64,000 nucleotides of DNA. It comes from Paraspadella gotoi. Its lineage: Eukaryota; Animalia; Chaetognatha. Below are positions 39,553 to 50,749 of this stretch, one piece after another. The notes under the pieces are model-generated. The model saw only the letters and a program-made list of their open reading frames with translations, was not told the DNA's origin and made no database searches. Position numbers and translations under genes: made by a program. Within the stretch, counting starts at the first letter, position 1. Each line of letters opens with the position of its first letter. The DNA lies in contig CM119263.1 in NCBI GenBank assembly GCA_051294375.1, forward strand, positions 3,680,785 to 3,744,784. The letters are read 5' to 3'.

Positions 39553-39585
<33 letters not shown>

Positions 39586-39910
39586 TTTTCTTTCTTTCTT
39601 TCTTTTTTCTTTCTTTCTTTAAAACTTTTGTTCTTCCCATTTCCTACCCTCTCTATTTTTCCTTTTTTTTTTCTTTTTTAGACTCAACCCATAATATTTA
39701 CCACTTTCTTGCATTTTTAAATTACTTCAACGCGTATGTAGAATATTCATGAAGTTAAACGTCAACCCAAACGTCCTCTAAATCTATGGAAAGAAAATAA
39801 TTATAAGAAGAAAAAAGAAAAAGGGAAAAGAGAAAATAGAAGAAAGAATTGAAAACGGAAAACATGGGAAATAAAGAGAGAAAGGAAATTTGAGAATTAG
39901 TGAAAAAAAA

Positions 39911-39970
<60 letters not shown>

Positions 39971-39985
39971 GAGAGATGAGAGAGA

Positions 39986-40031
<46 letters not shown>

Positions 40032-40534
40032 GAGAGAGAAACAAGACTGGAGGAGATGATTCAGAAGGGGAGGAGCGAAAGAGTAGAGGAAAGATATAAA
40101 GGAGAGAAGAAAAACTATGAGGCTAAGTATGAGCAAATATAAAAGAGATTGGGCATTAGTGATAGAATTTGACTCTAACTGATATCGTAAGCTTCAATTT
40201 TCTATGTCACGATAAAAAGTTCTTGTGTCTCTCGACCTTTCAATCTCATTCCACATCATGATATCTTTTCTCCACATTTCTTCTTTATCTTGTTTTTTTT
40301 TTCTCTTCTCTAAATTATTTTCTCTTTTTTTCTGTTTGGTCATGAACAACGTCTAAAAGGGTCAGAAGGTGGACATAATATTTATGGGATTTTTTTTTTA
40401 AATTTTTGTTAAATTTTGTAATATTTTGTAAAAAAATTTAAAAAATAGCTACGACGTTTAAAATTACGTTCAGTAGTCCGGCGCAAAGAATCTTTTTTCG
40501 TTTGGGTGCTAACAAACCAAGTTGTTACTACAAG

Positions 40535-40958
40535 CAAGAACGGTAATTCAATGTGTTGCGCCGCATTGACTGCCTTATAACGTGAGCCGTGACGTTGATC
40601 GTGACGTGACGTGACGTGACGTGACGTGACGACGTACGTGACGTGGACGTGACGTGACGTGACGTGACGAGACATGACGACAATAACTTTCTGTGCCGTT
40701 ATTTCTGACACGCACTGCATCGAATTTTGGTTTTTTATTGTTTTTATTTCAGGCGGCGGTAGCATCACTTAGATTTGAGGTTTTTTTCGCTAAAAGAGCA
40801 ACCGCTAAATGTAAGTTATGAGCATTTTTAACGTAAGTGGGACAGTCTGACGGACAATCATACCGACCAACGGACCGCACGGACCCGCACCACCGACAGC
40901 CAGACCGAAAAGTGACTTATAAAGTTGCTGCGCGAGTACACGCCGCGCGGCTAAAAAA
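40535..40958 (-). mobile_element. HINE-like element family 1 (left arm of the large inverted repeat)
   Basis: caagaacggtaattcaatgtgttgcgccgc...(GTGAC)n...ttagatttgaggtttttt...aacgtaagtgggacag...ccgaaaagtgacttat...ctaaaaaa. Confidence 0.7.
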
Positions 40959-41195
40959 GGAAATTTTTTTGATTTATGCAAAAATTTTTTTTTCTCAATA
41001 CTAACTCAGTAGTCTTAGAAATGAACTTTTAGGCCAAACACCGTTCCGGATAAACTGTCGGGCGAACGGCTATGCAGACGGACGGAGGACAGCGGTTTCA
41101 AAGGGCAATATTTTTCGCCGCGTTTATCGCGCAGTCAATCTTCTTTGTATTACTTTTTTCACTCTTTCTTTTTCTCTCTCTATCGCTTTTTCGTC

Positions 41196-41227
<32 letters not shown>

Positions 41228-41769
41228 TTCTTTCTTTCTTTCTTTCTTTTTTCTTATCTTTCTTTCTTAATCTTTCTTTCTTTCTTTCTTTCCTTTCTTT
41301 TCCTTTCTATTCTCTTCTTTCTTTTCTTTTTATTCTTCCATCAAATGACTCGTTTTCGCAAATCTTCTCCTTCCACATTCATTTTTTTAATTTTTATGTC
41401 AGAAAGAACAAGTTCAGTGTTTCATCATCCAAAATTTTGCATCATTGTCAGCATCAATCATTAGTCATCATCATCATCATCATCATCATCATCACATCTT
41501 GTTTTATAATTATTGTTCATCATCATCAAAGCCCATTATCATCATCATTATCATTTGATGACACTTTGTTGTTGTTGTTGTATTGTTGTAGTTGTTGTTT
41601 TGATTTTCTCTCTTTTAGTTTTCAACCGTTTCGACGATTCGTTCTCAAACTTTGGAGCCAAGAATTTTTTTTCTTTCTTGAGAAAAAAGAAAGAAGAAAA
41701 AAAAAGGAAAAAACTCTTTTTGGCAATTTAAAAAACCTCTTAATTCCCGCAGCTGGGTTGGGTCTCTCA

Positions 41770-41822
<53 letters not shown>

Positions 41823-42124
41823 CATCTATTTTTTCTTTTTATTTTCTTATCGCTTTTCCTTTTGAATTCCGTCCTCTTTCTGCCTTTCTCTGTCCCTTCC
41901 CTCATCTTCTATCCTCATTCACTGTCTCGTCATCTTCCCTAAGTCGTGCCATTGACTTTTCGACCGTCCATCCGCTTGAGCTTCATATTGGTAGTCATCG
42001 TCGACGTCATCGTCTATCGTTGTGGTCATTGTCGTCCGGTCAGATCGTCGTCGTCCGACGTCGTTCGTCCACGGAATTATGGCAATCGTTCGTGGAGTCA
42101 GGCAGTTCCGACGAGGACGTCATA

Positions 42125-42169
<45 letters not shown>

Positions 42170-43137
42170 TCGTCGTCGGCGTCGTCGTCCGGAAAAAAAG
42201 TTTCTCTTTCCGCCATTTTGATGTTTACTTTTTCGACTAAAAAAAAAACTCCGCTGAAATAACGGGATAATAATTGACTCTTCTGTCTTCAATTAATAAA
42301 AATTATAAATATAACTTTAAACTTATATAGAGAAAGTCAATTTTTCTAGTTCAATTTAAAAAAAATCTATGTATCGCGAGTTTTTTTTTTTTATAATGAG
42401 AATTTTAAAATTATTAATGATTGAATTTAGCTTTTCGCTATTGCAGCGTTTTGCAAAAAAAAAATTTTTCAATATTTTTATTTGCTTTTTTGATCCAAAA
42501 AAAATGTAGAAGAGCGTCATCGTCGTCGTCTTCGTCATCGTACGTCCTCGTCGTTACGTCGGTCGATTGTGACATGGGAATAGATATAAAAGCGCCATCT
42601 GCAAAGAAGAACCAAAAGGGAAAAAATTAATGAAAAGGTAAAAAAAGAATAAAAAAGGAAAATTGGTTTTTGATTTTCGCGAAGACGGAAATAAGCGTAC
42701 GACGCATTAAACGAATAAGAAAACCAAAAACGAAAAAACTAAATAAAACTGCCAAAATTAATTTTTAATAATGAAATAAAATATATGATTATGTTTTATA
42801 CGAGGTTTTAACATAATAAAAAACAACAAAACTTTTTAATAATTTTAAAAAAAATATCAACCAAATGTGAATTTGAAAAAGTTAACTTACTCACCTCGTC
42901 TCACACGTACGCTTTCGTCGGCGCGAGCCTTACCTCTCGAATCTCACAGCTTCAGCCCCACCGAATCCGCTGTCGCGGACACGGCACCCTTCACAATCCT
43001 CGCGGCGTCAGACCTCCGGTGAGATGATGAACCCGGATTGACCGTTCGTCACCCTTAACACTACTCATCACTCGGCATCACCGCCGCCGGCCTCCGCCCG
43101 CCGCCGACGGCCGCCGCCCTTCCCCGTCTCAGCCGCC

Positions 43138-43231
43138 ATGAGTCACGGGCCCGCTTCGTTTCCACGGAGAAAAAAAAAGGGAAGCGTCGGCCTCGTCAAC
43201 TCGAGTCTCGACCGGAAATGTTCGGCCAAAG
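43138..43231 (+). CDS. Candidate first coding exon MSHGPASFPRRKKKGSVGLVNSSLDRKCSAK in a CpG-rich island
   Basis: GCCGCCATG Kozak context, 31 open codons, then AAG|GTGAGT consensus donor. The mirror copy at ~45795-45900 has indels. Confidence 0.35.
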
Positions 43232-43319
43232 GTGAGTCGGTGAGCGAAGGACGAAAAGAGGAAAATGAGGAAGTTTTGCCGGCAAAAAGAAAAGGTTAAG
43301 TTGTTAATTTAATTTCTTA

Positions 43320-43530
43320 ACTTAATCTCATCCCTTCTCTGAGCCCTAATCCTAAACTTTAATCCTTAACTCTCTTTCTCACCTTACTCCCTGACATCTA
43401 CTCCTATACATTTAATCTCATTCCCTAACCTTAGTCTCTTATCCTAGCCGCTATAACCCAATTCTCCTATCATACCCTAATCCTAAAACTTTAATCCTTA
43501 ACTCTAGTCTCATACTTATTCCCTAACTGT
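43320..43530. repeat. Degenerate hexamer-periodic (CCCTAA/TTAGGG-like) tract; mirror ~45495-45720, related tracts at ~43840-43900 and 55385-55660
   Basis: ccctaatcctaaactttaatccttaactct, ccctaaccttagtctc, accctaatcctaaaactttaatccttaactctagtctc. Confidence 0.6.
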
Positions 43531-44364
43531 GAAATGTAAGTCCTCGCATTTGACCAGATGAACCTTAAATCTCTCGTTTTGACCGTTCGGTCAATTTTCA
43601 GCTGGTTTCTTCTCAATGTAGAGGAGAGATTTCCAAATCGTTTTTAGTTTCATAAAAATATTCATGTAAACTCATTCGTCCGCTTGGAAGCTTCTCGTGT
43701 TTTCAACGTGTTTCTCATATAAATAATAGTAAAAAATCATTTTTTTGTCGTTTTCTTTACTTGTCGGAAATCTCACGTTAAAGCATCCAAACGGGCGAAA
43801 CTCGAACTCGATATCGCTAGCGTGAGAAAGAATCTCACACCTAACCTTAGTCTCTAATCCTATAACCTCATCTCTAATCCCACCCGCTAATCATATAAAC
43901 TTTTAACTAAATTTCTCAAGTCTATAACCGGAGTTGAGGCGCTTTTGAATAAAGTTTTGGTCATTAAGCTAATAAATGTTGTCACATTGGGTTTTAAAAA
44001 TAAAACATAATCGACTAATAGTTATAGCATAGTTTTTGCCAAGTTACGTAGAAAGTACGAAAAGACAGCCTGCAAATAAATAAATCAAATCTCAAATGGT
44101 TCAAGGCAACAGACGGAGTCGCAGTCGGCTCGTCAAGACTTGACCGCTTCAACCTCCGATAAACGGATTGAGGAAAAACAGAAAAACACACTACAGCCAC
44201 CAACAAAATACAAAAACAGGATAAAATAAAACAAACAAAGTGCATTCTTCTTCTGATTCGATCCGATGGAGATGACCACCGATCGGCGGAGAGGCGAGGA
44301 GTCGTCGCGTAGGATTGTCCGACTCTCTATTCCGTTTTAACGATTCAACTCACCCGGAAGGAGG

Positions 44365-44624
44365 GTAAGTTAAAGGAGTAGGTTAAAAGAGTAATTAAAA
44401 GGAGTAGTTTAAAATAGTAAGTAGAAAGGAGTTGCGTGTAAAAAGAGTAAGTTAAATTGAGTAAGTTAAATAAAAAATAAGTAAATAGAGTAGGTTAAAA
44501 GAGTAAGTTAAAGGAGTGGTTTAAAAAAGTAAGATTTAAATGGAGTAAGTTAAAAAATAAGTAAATGAGTAGTGTTAAGAAGTAGAGTTAAAGGGTAAGT
44601 TAAAAAAGTAAGTTAAGGGAGTAG
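44365..44624 (+). repeat. 13-bp repeat GAGTAAGTTAAA(A/G), ~20 units, at the centre of the large inverted repeat
   Basis: gtaagttaaagga gtaggttaaaaga gtaattaaaagga ... running into the 25-N gap. Its reverse complement resumes at 44650. Confidence 0.9.
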
Positions 44625-44664
44625 NNNNNNNNNNNNNNNNNNNNNNNNNACTCCTTTAACTTAC

Positions 44665-44758
44665 CCTCCTTCCGGGTGAGTTGATCGTAAACGGAATAGA
44701 TGAGTCTCGACAATCCTGCGACGACTCCTCGCCTTCCGCTCGATCGTGGTCTCTCCAT
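44665..44758 (-). CDS. Candidate exon MERPRSSGRRGVVAGLSRLIYSVYDQLTRKE (noisier mirror at ~44266-44364 on +)
   Basis: Open frame from ATG to the GAGG|GTAAGT donor, which is also the first unit of the 13-bp array. Confidence 0.3.
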
Positions 44759-47687
44759 CGTCGAATCAAAGAAGATGCACTTTTGTTTTTGTTTTATTTT
44801 TAATCCTGTTTTTGTTTTTGTTTGTGTGTGTTTTCTGTTTTTTCCTAATCCGTTTATCGGAGGTTGGAAGCGTCAAGTCTGACGAGCGACTGCGACCCGT
44901 CGTTGCTGAAGATTTGAGATTTGATTATTTATTTGCGAGGGCCTATTGGGCTTCGACTTTCTAATGTACTTGGCAAAAAACTATGTATAAACTATTAGTC
45001 GATCCTATGTTTTATTTATAAACCCAATGTGACAAATTCTTATTAGCTTAATGACCAACTTTTTTTCAAAAAGCGCCTCAACTCTGGTTATAGATTGAGA
45101 ATTTAGTTAAAGTTTATAGATTAGGGTGGGATTAGAGATGAGGTTATATTAACGAACTAAGGTTAGTGTGAGATTCTTTCTCACGCTAAGCGATATTCGA
45201 GTTCGAGTTTCGCCCGTTGTGGTGCTTTTAACGTGAGATTTCCGACAAGTTTAAAGAAGAAAACGATCAAAAAAATGAGTTTTATTCCTTTATTATATTG
45301 TTAGGAAACACGTTGAAAACAGGAGCTTCCAAGCCGGAACGAATAGTTCACATGAATTTTCTTATGAAACTAAAACGATTTGGGAAATCTCTCTCTAACA
45401 TTGGAGAAGGAACCAGCTGAAAAATTGACCTGAACGCGTCAAACGAGAAGATTTAAGGTTTCATCTGGTCAAATGCGAATGGCTACTTTTCACCAGTTAG
45501 GGAATAAGTTGAGACTAGAGTTTAAGGATTTAAAGTTTTAAGGATTAGGGTATGATAGGAGATTAGGGTTATAGCGCTAGGAGGAATTAGAGACTAAGGT
45601 TAGGGAATAGAGAATTAAGTAGCGAGTAGTGTCAGGGGTAAGGTCGGAGAAGAGAGTTAAGGATTAAAGTTCCTAGGATTAGGGCTCAGAAGAACGGGAT
45701 GAGATTAAGTTAAGAATTAAATAACAACTTAACTTTTGCTTATTTGCCGGCAAAACTTCCTCATTTTCCTCTTTTCGTCCTTCGCTCACCGCGACTCACC
45801 CTTTGGCCGACCATTTCCAGGTCCCGAGACTCCGAGTTGAACGAGGCCGCGCTTCCTTTTTTTTTCTCGTGGGCAAACGAAAGCGGGCCGTGACTCATGG
45901 CGGGCTGAGACGGGGAAGGGCGGCGGCCGTCGGCGGCGGGCGGCGGCGCGCGCGGCGGTGAATGCCGTATGAGTGAGTGTTATGGGTGACGAACGTCAAT
46001 CCGGGTTCATCATTCATCACCGGAGGGAGTTCGACGGCGCGAGGATTGTGAAGGGTGCCGCTGTCCGCGACACGCGGATTTCGGTTGGGCCGTCGTAAGT
46101 CGTCGCCAGATTCGAGGGTAAGGTCGGCTGCGCGACGAGCCTACGTTGAGAGTGAGGGGAGTAAGGTTACTTTTTCAAATTCACATTTGGTAGATATTTT
46201 TCTTTTTAAATTATTATTAAAACGTTTTGTTTTTTTATTATGTTCAAAACCTCGATATTAAAACATAATCATATATATTTCATTTCATTAATTAAAAATT
46301 ACATTTTGGCAGTTTTATTTAGTTTTTTCGTTTTTGGTTTTCCTATTCGTTTTAATGCCGTCGTACGCGTTATTTCCGTTTTGCCGAAAATAAAACCAAA
46401 TTTTTTCCTTTTTTATTCTTCTTTTTACTTTTCATTAATTTTTTTTTCCCTTTTTGGTTCTTTCCTTTGCAGATGGCGCTTAAATATCTATCTATTCCCT
46501 GACACCAACGACGACGACGAACGACGATATAGAACGATGACGACACGACGACGATTGACGCTCTTCTCAATTTTTTTTGGATCAAAAAAAGCAAATAAAA
46601 ATAATTGGAAAAATTCTTTTTTTGCAAAAACGCTGAAATAGCGAAAGCTAAATTCAATCATTTAATAATTTTTTTAAAATTTCCATTATAAAAAAAAAAA
46701 AAAAACTCGGATCATGGATATTTTTTTTAAATTGAAAACTAGAAAAATTGACTTTCTCTATGAAAGTTACAAGTTATATTTATAATTTTATTAATTGAAG
46801 ACAGAAGAGTCAATATTATCCCGTTATTTCAGTGGAGCTTTTTTTTTTAGTCGAAAAAGTCAAACATCAAAATGGCGGAAAGAGAAACTTTTTTTCCGGA
46901 ACGACGACGACGACGACGACGATGCGTCTCGTCGGAACTGCTGACTCCACGAAACGATTTGCATAATTCCGTGGACGACGACGTCGATGACGACGACGAT
47001 GACGACGACAATGACCACAACGATAGAGATGACGTCGACGATGACTACCAATGAAGCTCAAGCGGATGGACGGTCGAAAAGTCAATGGACGACTTAGGGA
47101 AGAGACGAGACAGTGAATGAGGATAGAAGATGAGGACGGACAGAANNNNNNNNNNNNNNNNNNNNNNNNNNNNNNNNNNNNNNNNNNNNNNNNNNNNNNN
47201 NNNNNNNNNNNNNNNNNNNNNNNNNNNNNNNNNNNNNNNNNNNNNNNNNNNNNNNNNNNNNNNNNNNNNNNNNNNNNNNNNNNNNNNNNNNNNNNNNNNN
47301 NNNNNNNNNNNNNNNNNNNNNNNNNNNNNNNNNNNNNNNNNNNNNNNNNNNNNNNNNNNNNNNNNNNNNNNNNNNNNNNNNNNNNNNNNNNNNNNNNNNN
47401 NNNNNNNNNNNNNNNNAGAGAGAGAGAGAGAGAGAGAGAGAGACCACCAGCTGCGGAATTAAGAGGTTTTTAAATTGCAAAAAGAGTTTTTTCCTTTTTT
47501 TTTCTTCGTTTTTTTCTCAAGAAAGAAAAAAAATTCTTGGCTCCAAAGTTTGAGACGAATCGTCGACGTTGAAACTAAAGAGAGAAAATAAAACAACAAC
47601 TACAACAATAACAACAACAACAACAATGTCATCATAATGATAATGATGATGATAATGGGTTTGATGATGATGATAATTATTAAAACA

Positions 47688-47743
<56 letters not shown>

Positions 47744-47904
47744 AATGATGATGCTGACAATGATGCAAATTTTGATGATGAAACACTGAACTTGTTTCTT
47801 CTGGCAGAAAGTAAAATGAATGTGGAGGAGAAGAATTTGCGAAACGAGTCATTTGATGGAAGAATAAAAGAATTTGCGAAACGAGTCATTTGATGGAAGA
47901 ATAA

Positions 47905-48070
<166 letters not shown>

Positions 48071-48129
48071 AGAGCGAATAAAAGAAAGAGTGAAAAAAAG
48101 AAAGAGTGAAAAAAAGTAATACAAGAAGA

Positions 48130-48270
48130 TTGACTGCGGATAAACGCGGCGAAAATATTGCCTTTGAAACGCTCCGTCCGTCCGTCCGTCCGTCCGTTCG
48201 CCCGACAGTTTATCCGGACGATGAAACATTTCGGCTTAAAAGTTCATTTCTAAGACTGAGTTAGTATTGA
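48130..48270 (+). mobile_element. Possible 5' fragment of a second HINE-like family (mirror at ~40995-41138)
   Basis: TTGACTGCGGATAAACGCGGCGAA imperfect hairpin followed by five TCCG units, the GTCY-type microsatellite typical of DINE-1-like elements. No 3' end identified. Confidence 0.3.
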
Positions 48271-48307
48271 GAAAAAAAATTTTGTAGCTAATCAAGAAAA
48301 AATTTCC

Positions 48308-48742
48308 TTTTTTAGTTGCGGGGCGTGTACTCGCGCAGCAACTTTATAAGTCACTTTTCGGTCGGTCTGTCGGTTGGTGGGTCGGTTCGTCGGTCCGTTG
48401 GTCGGTATGATTGTCCGTCAGACTGTCCCACTTACGTTAAAAATGCTCATAACTTACATTTAGTTGGTTGCTCATTTGTCAAGACAGAAAAAAACCTCAA
48501 ATCTAAGTGACTGCTAGCGCCGCCTTTAGGAAATCCAAAACTATAAAAAATAAAAAACAAAATTCGATGCAGTGCGTGTCAGAAATACGCTCAGAAAGTT
48601 ATTGTCGTCATGTCTCGTCACGTCACGTCACGTCACGTCACGTCACGTCACGTCACGTCACGTCACGTCACGTCACGCCACGAGAAATACACGTTATAAG
48701 GCAGTCAATGCGGCGCAACACATTTGAATTACCGTTCTTGTT
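48308..48742 (+). mobile_element. HINE-like element family 1 (mirror of 40535-40958)
   Basis: TTTTTTAGTTGCGGGGCGTGTACTCGCGCAGCAACT, (GTCG)n, (GTCAC)n, and end GCGGCGCAACACATTTGAATTACCGTTCTTGTT. Confidence 0.75.
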
Positions 48743-49170
48743 GTAAGTACACTTGGTTGTTAGCACACAAAGCGAAAAAAGATTCTTTGCGCCGGACTTA
48801 CTGAACGTAATTTTAAACGTCGTAGCTATTTTTAAATTTTTTTACAAATATTACAAAATTTAACAAAAATTTAAAAAAATCCCAAAAATATTTTATTCCA
48901 CCTTCTGACCCTTTTAGACGTTGTTCATGACCAAACAAGAAAAAAGAGAAAATAAATTTAGAGAAGAGAAAAAAAACAAGATAAGAAAAGAAAAATGTGG
49001 AGAAAAGATATCATGATGTGGAATGAGATTGAAAGGTCGAGAGACACAAGAACTTTTTATCATGACATAGAAAATTGAAGCTTACGATATCAGTTAGAGT
49101 CAATTCTATCACTAATGCCCAATTCTTTTTATTGCTCATAACATTTTTTTCTTTAGCCTTTTAATACTGT

Positions 49171-49207
<37 letters not shown>

Positions 49208-49586
49208 NNNNNNNNNNNNNNNNNNNNNNNNNNNNNNNNNNNNNNNNNNNNNNNNNNNNNNNNNNNNNNNNNNNNNNNNNNNNNNNNNTTTTTTTCACTA
49301 ATTCTCAAATTTCCTTTCTCTCTTTATTTCCATGTTTTCCGTTTTCAATTCTTTCTTCTATTTTCTCTTTTCCCTTTTTTCTTTTTCTTATAATTATTTT
49401 CTTTCCATAGATTTAGGACGTTTGGTTGACGTTTAACTTCATGAATATTCTACATACGCGTTGAAGTAATTTAAAATGCAAGAAAGTGGTAAAATATTAT
49501 GGGTTGAGTCAAAAAAGAAAAAAAAAGAAAAAATAGAGAGGTAGGAAATGGGAAAGAACAAAAGTTTTAAAGAAAGAAAGAAAAAT

Positions 49587-49645
<59 letters not shown>

Positions 49646-50749
49646 AGGAAAGAAAAAAAAGAAACAGAAAGAAAGAAAGAAAAAAAAAGGAAAAAAGATA
49701 AAGAAAGAAAGAAAGATAAAAAGATAGATAAAAAGATAGACTCATAGCAATTCCCACGTCTCTATTTCTTGTTTAACAATTTTTATCTTTACTTTTTTTT
49801 AAATTTTGATTAATTTATTGAAAACAAAAGGACATTTCCTNNNNNNNNNNNNNNNNNNNNNNNNNNNNNNNNNNNNNNNNNNNNNNNNNNNNNNNNNNNN
49901 NNNNNNNNNNNNNNNNNNNNNNNNNNNNNNNNNNNNNNNNNNNNNNNNNNNNNNNNNNNNNNNNNNNNNNNNNNNNNNNNNNNNNNNNNNNNNNNNNNNN
50001 NNNNNNNNNNNNNNNNNNNNNNNNNNNATATAAGAATATACGTTATTACTTAATAAAATAAATACGAAGACGAAAACGACGACAAACCTTACGACAGCTG
50101 CAAAAAGAAAAACAAAAAAAACCAAGCTATTAGAAACGAAAATAACGGAAAAAGTAAGGACAAAAATAGTAACAAACGAACGAGAAAGTAGCATCGATTT
50201 TGGAAAACGACGACGACAGCGATAAAGACGATAACGACGACGATAGTAGTAACGAAAAATAAGACGACGACGACGACGAAAAAGAAGACGACGACGACGA
50301 CGACGACGAAAAAGAAGACAACGTCCGAAGAGACGAGGATAAAAAAAAGATTGAAGGCGAAAATCGCTGAGTCGCGATGATTTCGATGTCGAATCAAAAA
50401 TAGACGAAGACGACGACGAAGAAGACGACGATGAAGACGACGACGACGAAGACGACAACGATGAAGACGACGACGATTTCCCCACGCGCCCATCTCTCAA
50501 CCGCCCCCCCGTTTCGGTTCCGCCTTCCTCTCATTCGGCACGACGCCTTCTCCTCTTCTCTTCTCCTTCTCTCTCTCCTTCTTCTCTCTCTGCTTCACTC
50601 GTCCCTCCCTTCCGTTCATGACCGGAAATAAATCGAAACCCTGCGACGTGGGTGGTGCGAAGGATTTAAAATTTATAATGGTTTGGCGATTTTTGAATGG
50701 CCTTTCCCGGTTTTGACCCCCGGTAAGCACCGCGAAAGAGGAGCGTCTC

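Larger units (their letters stand above)
33165..44364 (+). repeat. Left arm of a ~24 kb inverted repeat
   Basis: Reverse-complement matches: 44345-44380 vs 44650-44685; 42200-42700 vs 46380-46900; 38740-38940 vs 50350-50545; 38150-38430 vs 54020-54310; 35810-35950 vs 55035-55140; 33940-34110 vs 56070-56270; 33165-33320 vs 57075-57242. Confidence 0.9.
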
